Assembly: GCA_964627915.1 (NCBI GenBank)
Contig: CAZVKY010000002.1
Span: 1,727 to 65,726 of the forward strand
DNA from: an uncultured Thermoplasmatales archaeon
Lineage (GTDB): Archaea; Thermoplasmatota; E2; DHVEG-1
Direction: 5' to 3'
Length of the DNA stretch: 64,000 bases
The notes below the pieces were generated by a model. It was not told where the DNA came from. It saw nothing but the letters and a program-made list of their open reading frames with translations, and ran no database searches. How positions within the stretch are numbered: position 1 is the first letter of the stretch; each line of letters opens with the position of its first letter. A program made the position numbers and the translations under genes. This document shows positions 28,375 to 36,612 of this stretch, piece by piece.

Positions 28375-29625
28375 TTATACTCCTTCACCGGTGCAGGGTC
28401 CATGTTCATATTTACAGGCAAGTTCCTCTTTGATCACTTCTGATAATCGTTTTATTCCTTTTTTGATGTCTTTATCATCGGAGTAGGAAAAATTTAGCCT
28501 CATTGAATTGTATTGAGCGTTTTCTGGGAAAAAAGCATCACCTGCGACATAGGCTACTTTTTTCTCTAATGCTTTTTGAAACATTATATGGGTATTGATC
28601 TTTTTTGGTAACGTAATCCAGATAAACATTCCTCCCTTTGGAAAAGTCCAATGAACCTCTTCCGGAAAGTGTTTCTCCAAGGCGTTAAGCATTACATCTC
28701 GTTTGTGTTTGTATAATTTTTTTATTTTTTCGACATGATCATCGATGTAACCACCTTCTAAATATTCACAAGCAATATATTGTGAAAACACATTAGTACA
28801 AAGATCCATAGCTTGTTTAGCCAGGGTGAGTTTATGAATAATTTGTTGGGATGCAACAGTCCAGCCCAGTCGGAAACCTGGTGCCATAATTTTAGAAAAC
28901 GTACTCAGATAAACCACTCTTCCCTTTGTATCAAATGATTTGATGGAGGGTAAAACTTCTTCAGAGAAATTAATGTCTCCATAGGGGTCGTCTTCGATGA
29001 TGATAAAATCATATTCACTAGCTATTTCTAAAAGTTGCTTCCGATGATCAAGGGTCATTGTTTCACCGGAGGGATTTTGAAAGTTTGGAACGGTGTATAA
29101 AAATTTTGGAATAATACCGGTGTGATGTAAGCGTTTGAGATTTCTACGCAATGATGCAATATCAATTCCTTCATCATCCATAGGGATTGATTCACAGTTT
29201 GCTTCGAAAGCATGAAATGCTTGCACTGCTCCAAGATATGCAGGGACTGCGGTAAGATAGGTATCACCAGGATCAATCAGAATAAAAGCAAGAAGGGATA
29301 GTGCTTGTTGGGCGCCATTGGTAATTAGAATATCATGCATTTCACAGTTCATCTTTTTTTTATTTCGCATTCGTTCAGCAAGTGCTGCTCGTAATGGGGG
29401 AAGACCTTCAGTTGTACCATATTGTAATGCAGTGGTAATGTTTTTTTTAAAAACGTTTTCTACACATTGATGAATGCTTTCTACAGGGAATGCTTTTGCA
29501 TTTGGAAGTCCGCCAGCAAGACTAACGATATCTGGACTTTGTGTCAGCTTTAATAGTTCCCGTATCTGTGAAGTTTTTATTTTTTTTGCTTTTTCTGAAA
29601 ATAAACGTTCGATATTGACTACCAT
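28375..29625 (-). CDS. PLP-dependent class I aminotransferase (paralog of 10496..11710)
   Basis: SLAGGLPNAKAFP, YTVPNFQNPSGETM and PLP-lysine STFSKIMAPGFRLGW. Same subfamily as the other aminotransferase in this window. Unusual Cys-containing C-terminus (CKYEHGPCTGEGV). Confidence 0.85.
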   Translation of the reverse strand: MVVNIERLFSEKAKKIKTSQIRELLKLTQSPDIVSLAGGLPNAKAFPVESIHQCVENVFKKNITTALQYGTTEGLPPLRAALAERMRNKKKMNCEMHDILITNGAQQALSLLAFILIDPGDTYLTAVPAYLGAVQAFHAFEANCESIPMDDEGIDIASLRRNLKRLHHTGIIPKFLYTVPNFQNPSGETMTLDHRKQLLEIASEYDFIIIEDDPYGDINFSEEVLPSIKSFDTKGRVVYLSTFSKIMAPGFRLGWTVASQQIIHKLTLAKQAMDLCTNVFSQYIACEYLEGGYIDDHVEKIKKLYKHKRDVMLNALEKHFPEEVHWTFPKGGMFIWITLPKKINTHIMFQKALEKKVAYVAGDAFFPENAQYNSMRLNFSYSDDKDIKKGIKRLSEVIKEELACKYEHGPCTGEGV

Positions 29626-29779
29626 TTGATATCAATATACCTGATATTGTATTGATTTAAAAATGATGGGGGTGAAATTAAAGTATTTTTTCTAAATTCG
29701 TTCTATTGATGCGGTTTATTATTTTTTTTGTTGTTACCAAACCTATTTTTACCTAAGCCATGTTTCACGGTATCAGACC

Positions 29780-30775
29780 ATGATTACGCTTGGTATTGAA
29801 GGAACGGCCCATACCATTGGTATTGGTATTGTGGAAAATGATAATGATTTATGTCATATCTATGCTAATGTGATGAAGACCTATCATCCTGAAAAAGGAG
29901 GTATTCATCCTCGTGAAGCCGCTAATCATCATGCATTATATGTTTCTAAGCTGATAAATGATGCACTTTCTGAGGCAGGTATTGATAAGAAAAAGATCGA
30001 TCTTATTTCTTTTTCAAAAGGCCCGGGTCTTGGTCCCTGTTTACGAACTGCAGCTACAGCTGCAAGAGCATTGGCTCTATCATTAGATAAACCTATTATC
30101 GGGGTTAATCATTGTGTTGCTCATCTAGAAATAGGTCGAGGAACGTTACCAGCGTGTGATGATCCAGTGCTTCTGTATACCTCTGGAGCAAATACGCAGG
30201 TCATTGGATTTGCGGAAGGAAAATATCGTGTTTTTGGAGAAACTCTTGATATTGGCGTTGGTAATTGTTTAGATAAATTTGGCCGAAATATGGGAATGTC
30301 TTTTCCCAGTGGACCTACTATTGAACAGGTAGCAAAAAAAGGAAAAAATTTTGTTCCATTGCCCTATAGTATCAAGGGTATGGACATCGCTTTTTCTGGT
30401 TTACTTACGGTTGCATTGCAACAACATAAAAAAGGCAAGACCTTGGAGGATATTTGTTTTTCGCTTCAGGAAACCATGTTTGCGGCATTAACAGAAGTAA
30501 CGGAGCGAGCGATGGCTCATACTGAGAAAAATGAGGTATTATTAGGTGGCGGTGTTGCCGCTAATATGAGATTACGGGAAATGGTTGAATTGATGGCTGA
30601 GGATCGTGATGCCTCATTTTTTGTTCCAGATAAACGGGTATGTGTTGATAATGGAGCTATGATTGCCTGGTTGGGTTATATCATGTTTAATAGTGGTATT
30701 CGAATGAGTATTGAGGATACAATTATTGATCAGCGGTTTCGCACAGACATGGTGGAGGTAACCTGGCGTGGTTGA
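29780..30775 (+). CDS. kae1: tRNA N6-adenosine threonylcarbamoyltransferase Kae1 (KEOPS)
   Basis: MITLGIEGTAHTIGIGIV, metal-binding GVNHCVAHLEIGR (two His), GPGLGPCLRTAATAARALAL, GGGVAANMRLRE. Kae1/TsaD family. Confidence 0.9.
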   Translation: MITLGIEGTAHTIGIGIVENDNDLCHIYANVMKTYHPEKGGIHPREAANHHALYVSKLINDALSEAGIDKKKIDLISFSKGPGLGPCLRTAATAARALALSLDKPIIGVNHCVAHLEIGRGTLPACDDPVLLYTSGANTQVIGFAEGKYRVFGETLDIGVGNCLDKFGRNMGMSFPSGPTIEQVAKKGKNFVPLPYSIKGMDIAFSGLLTVALQQHKKGKTLEDICFSLQETMFAALTEVTERAMAHTEKNEVLLGGGVAANMRLREMVELMAEDRDASFFVPDKRVCVDNGAMIAWLGYIMFNSGIRMSIEDTIIDQRFRTDMVEVTWRG

Positions 30776-31394
30776 GGATGAATTGTTATTTCAAGGTGCG
30801 GAAGCAAAAATAATTGCTTCTACTTATTTTAGAATACCGGTGGTAAAAAAAATTCGTATGAGAAAAAGATATCGGATCAAAGAGATAGATAATCGGTTAA
30901 TTAGCACTCGCACGAGAGATGAAGCAAAATTGATGATACTTGCTCGACAGCAGGGAGTAAGTGTTCCAATAATTTTTGATATTGATCTAGCTGGTGGTGT
31001 GTTAACCATGCAATATTTGATGGGAAAACGGGTAAAGGATATCTATAATGATCTTTCGTTATCACAGCGGAAAAAGATTTGTAATCAGATTGGAAATACT
31101 ATTGCAATTCTTCACAATAATGATATCATTCATGGAGATATTACAACCTCTAATCTTATGTTATTGGATGATAGGATTTATTTTTTTGATTTTGGTCTTG
31201 GTGAGATAAATCCAGATATTGAAGCAAAAGGTGTTGATTTACATGTGTTAATGGAGGCGATGGAATCAACGCATTCAGTATATTCATCTGATTTTTCGTT
31301 TGTGTTTGATGGATACGCTAAGTGTTATGATCAAGATGCTACTGAAGTAAAAACGAAAATTGAGGATATTGTTCGCAGAGGAAGATATCGATGA
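30768..31394 (+). CDS. bud32: KEOPS complex kinase Bud32
   Basis: GAEAKII glycine loop, catalytic loop IIHGDITTSNLML, FDFGLG. Overlaps the kae1 stop by 8 nt (GTG start; the in-frame TTG at 30783 is an alternative). Conserved kae1-bud32 pair. Confidence 0.85.
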   Translation: MVEDELLFQGAEAKIIASTYFRIPVVKKIRMRKRYRIKEIDNRLISTRTRDEAKLMILARQQGVSVPIIFDIDLAGGVLTMQYLMGKRVKDIYNDLSLSQRKKICNQIGNTIAILHNNDIIHGDITTSNLMLLDDRIYFFDFGLGEINPDIEAKGVDLHVLMEAMESTHSVYSSDFSFVFDGYAKCYDQDATEVKTKIEDIVRRGRYR

Positions 31395-31960
31395 AAAAAA
31401 TTTTTTTTATTACGAGTAATAAAGGCAAAGTAAATGAAGTGATCAAAAAGTTACATCCATTGGGATATGATGTTATTCAAAAAAACCTTGGTTATCCTGA
31501 AATTCAAACAGAGTCTCTTGAGGAGGTGGCACGATTTGGCGTTCATCATGTAAAGGGATTGGTCGATCATCCATTTATTTTGGAGGATGCAGGCTTATTT
31601 ATTGATGCCTTAGATGGATTTCCTGGTGTCTATTCATCATATGTGTATCATACTATTGGATTGGATGGAATTCTTTCTTTGTTGAATGAAAGAAAGCATA
31701 CTCATCGTTCTGCTGTTTTTCGGAGTGTGTTTGCCTATGCTGATCCAAATGATGGTCCATGGCTATTTGTGGGTGAATGCAGAGGATTTATTTCAAATAT
31801 AAAAAAAGGTGAGAAAGGGTTTGGGTATGATCCTATTTTTATTCCATCATCCTCGGAAAGAACCTTTGCTGAGATGGATACAGAAGAAAAAAATGGTTTC
31901 TCCCATCGGGGCAAGTCTCTAGAGAAACTTGTTGATTTTCTAAAAAAAGACCCTGTTTAA
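31391..31960 (+). CDS. rdgB: non-canonical purine NTP pyrophosphatase (Ham1/RdgB, dITP/XTP pyrophosphatase)
   Basis: FITSNKGKVNEV, EDAGLFIDALDGFPGVYSSY, GFGYDPIF. ATGA start-stop overlap with bud32. Confidence 0.9.
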   Translation: MKKIFFITSNKGKVNEVIKKLHPLGYDVIQKNLGYPEIQTESLEEVARFGVHHVKGLVDHPFILEDAGLFIDALDGFPGVYSSYVYHTIGLDGILSLLNERKHTHRSAVFRSVFAYADPNDGPWLFVGECRGFISNIKKGEKGFGYDPIFIPSSSERTFAEMDTEEKNGFSHRGKSLEKLVDFLKKDPV

Positions 31961-32042
31961 GCAATCTAATTGATTCTCTTACAGAGTTGTTACTCATGTA
32001 CAAAGCTTATTTTTATTTTTACTTTTCCAATTATTTACTTAA

Positions 32043-32115
32043 TGGGCCAAGCCGGAATTGAACCGGCGACCTCCGCGTTGTAAGCGCGACGTCATAACCC
32101 CTAGACCATTGGCCC
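32043..32115 (-). tRNA. tRNA-Val (anticodon UAC)
   Basis: Reverse complement folds as GGGCCAA/UUGGCCC acceptor stem, D arm GUCU..GAC, anticodon stem UCGCG/CGCGG with loop CUUACAA, T arm GCCGG-UUCAAUU-CCGGC, discriminator A. 73 nt. CCA not encoded. GC-rich island in AT-rich DNA. Confidence 0.9.
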
Positions 32116-32432
32116 AAGTTAAATTATTAGCTAGGACATCGTGTATTCTTTTATATGTTTTAAGGTTGTATATTCTATGTTGAGGTATGGTTCAGTAGAG
32201 AATGTATCTGTTTTTTTCGATTGGCTGATGATAGTTCGATTTAGATGATTAAACATGGTAAAAGGGAGGTGGAGGGTCTAGTGGAAAAAAATTTTCGTAT
32301 TCAAAGGAGGCAAAATACAAAATAACCATCTCTCACCTAGACCTTCCATCAATCTAAAATTAGTAGATTATATTTAAATATTTTCCCCAAAGTATGTTTT
32401 TGGTCCAAAAAAATGTATTTTTATCTATTAAA

Positions 32433-33866
32433 TTATTTAGATATCTGGATTATAGGGAATTTAATGTGAACGGTTGTTCCTTGATTAATCCCGGGGCTCT
32501 CTAACCAAATTTTGCCATTTTGCTTTTCAATAATGTATTTACAAATTGTAAGTCCCAATCCATTTCCATCAAGATTTTGACGTGATTCATCGGCCTTGTA
32601 GAATTCATCGAATGCATGGTGTATTTGATTCTGACTCATGCCTAAACCAGAATCTTGAACGGAGAATAAAATATACTCATTGTTTTTTGTTATTGTAATT
32701 TTAATTAGTCCCTCATTAGGGGTAAACTGGATGGCATTTTCTAAAATATGGGAGAGCGCGATTTTGATAAGATCTGAATCTGCTTCAATCAAAATGTTAT
32801 CGGTATATTGTTTTTTTATCTGTAATTGTTTTCGTTGTATCTCTGAAAAATGGTTGCAAAGGATAAGATTCATTTCCTTGGAGATGTTGATTTGGTTTTT
32901 AGAAAAACGAGTTTTTGATGATTTAAGATAAGCGATTTGTTTTACTTTTTCCACAAGTTTCTGAATATGCGACACATTTTTTTCGATTACATGAATTATT
33001 TTATCCTGAGAATGTATATCATTTGAATCTATCAAGATAGGTAATAAGTTAAGCAATGGGTTCAGTGAATTTCTGAGATCGTGACTTAAATTTACTATTA
33101 GATTATTTCCATTCTTATTATTAGGGGTCGTGAAAGGTTCTCTGTTGACAGCATCTTGATTTTGGTTGACTTTTATGTTTGGAGTATGTTCTGTTCTGAG
33201 GCAAATATGCCTGGCAAGATATTCAATTTGGGAGGAAAGATCTAGGTCTTTTTGTGGCATTGTTATCCCAATTAAATCAGTAATTTTTTCATTATTTATG
33301 GGAGTTATATAACAGATTTGATTTGATATATCATCTGATTGCGAATGGGAAATAATTTCATTTTCAGGAAAAATATCTAAAAGAAAAGCATCAAGTGTTT
33401 TGAATTGTTTTTCGAATGGTTCAATGATTCTATCAATTGAAGGTGAAACATCAGTTTGTAATCTTTCTAAAAATTTCTTTAGACCAAATGATGCGATGAA
33501 TGAGTATTTGTTATTGTTTCTTTGTTTATATATGATAAAAACATGAATCTGTTGATTTTTTTTGAACTCATTACAAATTAAATGGTAGATTTTTTCTTTG
33601 GATATTTCTTGATGGATGTTTAACATTAATTTTTGAAGAAGATGCTTGGCCTTTTCTTTCTCATGATAGAAATCAAAGGGATTTTTTTTCTCTTTTAGGA
33701 GATAATCGATTTTCCTGTGGAGAGTTAGTTCTTTTGAATCTTGCGATTGTTCAACGGGGTAAAGTTCTTGATTTATGTGATACGATGTCGTCTTTTGATT
33801 CTCTCTTACATGAGGATTTGGAAGATTGGATTTTTGTATCCTAAGAGTTTTTAGTTTTTCTCCCAT
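32433..33866 (-). CDS. cytoplasmic sensor histidine kinase
   Basis: H-box LSHDLRNSLNPLL, HATPase_c blocks (ILENAIQFT, VQDSGLGMS, GNGLGLTICKYIIE). ~270-aa N-terminal sensory region without TM helices. Confidence 0.85.
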   Translation of the reverse strand: MGEKLKTLRIQKSNLPNPHVRENQKTTSYHINQELYPVEQSQDSKELTLHRKIDYLLKEKKNPFDFYHEKEKAKHLLQKLMLNIHQEISKEKIYHLICNEFKKNQQIHVFIIYKQRNNNKYSFIASFGLKKFLERLQTDVSPSIDRIIEPFEKQFKTLDAFLLDIFPENEIISHSQSDDISNQICYITPINNEKITDLIGITMPQKDLDLSSQIEYLARHICLRTEHTPNIKVNQNQDAVNREPFTTPNNKNGNNLIVNLSHDLRNSLNPLLNLLPILIDSNDIHSQDKIIHVIEKNVSHIQKLVEKVKQIAYLKSSKTRFSKNQINISKEMNLILCNHFSEIQRKQLQIKKQYTDNILIEADSDLIKIALSHILENAIQFTPNEGLIKITITKNNEYILFSVQDSGLGMSQNQIHHAFDEFYKADESRQNLDGNGLGLTICKYIIEKQNGKIWLESPGINQGTTVHIKFPIIQISK

Positions 33867-34349
33867 GTTTCTTATTCACCTAAAAAAGGATAAAAATGAT
33901 ATTTGTTACTGGTAGTTTCAATGGTTTCACCAACTCCCGTCCCTGTTTTTCCACAACTAATATTTAATCCGATCCTGTTTTTCATCCAATTAATGTAGGT
34001 GGAGATGTGGTAGGGAAAGCCGTGAAATTGGTTTTGTATGTTATCTTGCTGTGAGGAGCCCCTCCTCACAAATGTTCCCAATTTTCCTTTCCTTTGTATC
34101 ATGCTGGCACTCCAACAGCATAATACTATGAATGTTCGACTTGGCTATCCCACATCCACCCTCTAGGGTCTATAGACAACAAGAAAAGAGTGAAAGGAGC
34201 TATTAATAGATACCTTTAAAATGGTATAAAATACAGTGTAAAAAGAATTAAAATACAAGAATTTTTATCTGATTTTTTACTATAAATTATTTTCATTATT
34301 TGTTTTTTTGTCAATCTGACCGTTTTCCATCCTAGATTTAAATACTATT

Positions 34350-34610
34350 GTGATAAAATATAACATGATTCAAATGGATTGTGATGCTGTAAACCCTGGA
34401 AAAACGATGTTTGATAGCAATGATAAAACTGTGTACCAAAAAAATTCGTTTATCGGAATCATTGGTTATGTGATTTTTGTATTCCTCTTAGGATTGCTAT
34501 TACTTTTTGTGCAGTTATATCTTCCCATTGGTTTTGAGCTCTTGATTATTATGCTGCTTTTTATCGTCAGTAAAACATCTGTTTTTATGATTCGACAGAG
34601 AAAGGTCTGA
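34350..34610 (+). CDS. possible small membrane protein (86 aa)
   Basis: ORF with two hydrophobic helices (FIGIIGYVIFVFLLGLLLLFVQLYLPIGFELLIIMLLFIV) in an intergenic gap. Low-complexity, so weak evidence. Confidence 0.3.
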   Translation: MIKYNMIQMDCDAVNPGKTMFDSNDKTVYQKNSFIGIIGYVIFVFLLGLLLLFVQLYLPIGFELLIIMLLFIVSKTSVFMIRQRKV

Positions 34611-34626
34611 ACGAATGATTTGATTA

Positions 34627-36612
34627 TTAGACTGTTTCTCGATGGGTTAAGAGTGTTTTTGCTTTTTCCGTGAGATGAACTACACGGGATTTCCCATATT
34701 TTTTGGTGAAAACAAGGCCTTCATCCACCAGTTGTTTCACTCGTTTTGAAGCAGTATAATAGACGATATTAAATTGTGACATTATTTTTTTCAGAGAAAC
34801 CAATGCATTTTTCTTGTTTTCCTTTTCGATAAAAGTTAGAATATCAAATAATTCATCCTTTATTTTGATGTCCTCGACCTTTTTACTGGGTAATGGTTCA
34901 AATTCATTCTGAAGTATTGCTAATTCATCTGAAGCAAACAATTGCGGATCAAAATATAATAAGAGCATAATTGAGGAATCTGATATGATTTCATTGATGT
35001 CATATAATGTGGTTAATACTTCATCAAATGTTGTTGTGCTCAAAAAATAATGAAGACCATCTACAAACAACACTGTTTTTTCATTTGTTGTGGCATATGT
35101 TTTGATTTCATCTAAAAATTCAGCCGGTGTGGATATGGTTTGATACTCTTTTAATGGGTTTTTTCGAATAAATATTGGTTTGATTTTATCTGTGGATAAG
35201 TTTTCTTTTAGTTTTTTTGGATGTGATCTGGTGATATAAACACCATTGAAATCAGAGAAAATAAGATTGGAAAATAAATCAAGGGAGCTTCTATTGTTTT
35301 TTTCAGCGATGATATAACTATGGCCAATAAGCAGATTATGATGGCTTTCCCAATCATAGGTAATATCTTTTCCAACAAAGACGATTCCTTTTTTTTCATG
35401 ATTAGTATGAAGTGGGGCACAAGATAAATTCAGTATTCTTTTTGAGTAATCCTTGGTAATCATCACCAGTTTCTGAGAGATAACTTCTTTTGATTCATGA
35501 ACGCTATCAATAATATCTTTTAACGTCTTTGAATCATCAACGAAAGGAAGTTTGGTGATGTATCTTCCGTAGACATCCTTTTTTTTGTAACCGGTTAATC
35601 TTTGAGCAGAAGAATTCCAATATTCTACTCTATTACAGCTATCAAGAGCGATAATGATTTCTGAAGTGCTGTTAATGATGTTTTCCACTGATGTTTGCAT
35701 TTCTTTTGCTTTTTCCTCTGCTCTTTTCCGTTCAATGATTTGTTTTTCAAGTGATTCATTCGTTTCTCTTAGTTCCGCGGTTCTTTTTTCTACCCTTCGT
35801 TTCAGTTCTTTTGAAACCTTTTGTAAAACCTTGTATCCTTCTCGTTGCTCAGTAACATCTTGTATGTAGAGCACAAAACCATCAATGGATCCATCCAATT
35901 TTTTGATGGATGACGCATTGATATCAATAATCATTTTTCTCCCATCTTTACTAGTGAGAATTAGATCTTGAATTTCATTTAAGTGATTTTTTTTCTTTTC
36001 ATTATTTGTTAAAACTGAAAAAAGGGAGATTTTTTCGTTTGTTTCACCGTTTACCACTTGTATGCAGGTATCTGCTGACTGATTGATGACCTCTTTTTTT
36101 CCAATGCCAATAAGTTTTTCTGCAGCGGCGTTTACAAAGGTTATTTTTTGGTTTTCATCAGTTGTTATTACAGCATTTCCCATGTGTTGTAACGTGTTGA
36201 GCATCCATTGATAATGTTGTTTTACTTTTTTCTCCATTTTATTTTTATGTAATGCTACTTGAATATTGCTGTCCAGTTCTTTGATGTTGAATGGTTTCAT
36301 GACGTATCCATATGGCTCTGTTTTTTTTGCTCGTTCAAGGGTTTTTTTATCCCCATAGGCAGTAAGAAAAATAATCGGGATATCAAATTGATCATGAATC
36401 CTTTCAGCTGCTTGGATACCATCCATTTCTTCACCTAATTTAATGTCCATGAGCACTAAATTTAAATCTAATTGTTCTGCTTGTTGGATAGCATCTTCAC
36501 CAGTTGAAATGGTGGCGGGAACATCATATCCTAGTTTTGTTAATTTTTGTTGCAAATCTTTAGCAACGATGGTTTCATCTTCAACGATGAGAATCTTTTC
36601 TTTTTCATTCAT
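34627..36612 (-). CDS. response regulator with REC, two PAS domains, an uncharacterised C-terminal module and winged-helix DNA-binding domain
   Basis: REC domain (ILIVEDETIVAKDL...LVLMDIKLGEEMDGIQAA...IIFLTAYGD). PAS-like segments (ITTDENQKITFVNAAAEKLIG; NRVEYWNSSAQRLTGYKKKDV). Coiled-coil linker. ~150-aa alpha/beta module (possibly DUF835/KaiC-like without P-loop; unverified). C-terminal wHTH (ALVSLKKIMSQFNIVYYTASKRVKQLVDEGLV). 4-nt overlap with the upstream histidine kinase. Confidence 0.85.
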   Translation of the reverse strand: MNEKEKILIVEDETIVAKDLQQKLTKLGYDVPATISTGEDAIQQAEQLDLNLVLMDIKLGEEMDGIQAAERIHDQFDIPIIFLTAYGDKKTLERAKKTEPYGYVMKPFNIKELDSNIQVALHKNKMEKKVKQHYQWMLNTLQHMGNAVITTDENQKITFVNAAAEKLIGIGKKEVINQSADTCIQVVNGETNEKISLFSVLTNNEKKKNHLNEIQDLILTSKDGRKMIIDINASSIKKLDGSIDGFVLYIQDVTEQREGYKVLQKVSKELKRRVEKRTAELRETNESLEKQIIERKRAEEKAKEMQTSVENIINSTSEIIIALDSCNRVEYWNSSAQRLTGYKKKDVYGRYITKLPFVDDSKTLKDIIDSVHESKEVISQKLVMITKDYSKRILNLSCAPLHTNHEKKGIVFVGKDITYDWESHHNLLIGHSYIIAEKNNRSSLDLFSNLIFSDFNGVYITRSHPKKLKENLSTDKIKPIFIRKNPLKEYQTISTPAEFLDEIKTYATTNEKTVLFVDGLHYFLSTTTFDEVLTTLYDINEIISDSSIMLLLYFDPQLFASDELAILQNEFEPLPSKKVEDIKIKDELFDILTFIEKENKKNALVSLKKIMSQFNIVYYTASKRVKQLVDEGLVFTKKYGKSRVVHLTEKAKTLLTHRETV

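Noticed and set aside
33872-34102. 76-aa minus-strand ORF next to the orphan histidine kinase
   Set aside because: No start context. Odd composition (MIQRKGKLGTFVRRGSSQQ...). It sits immediately adjacent to the kinase start with only 6 bp between, which leaves no room for a promoter. Probably non-coding.
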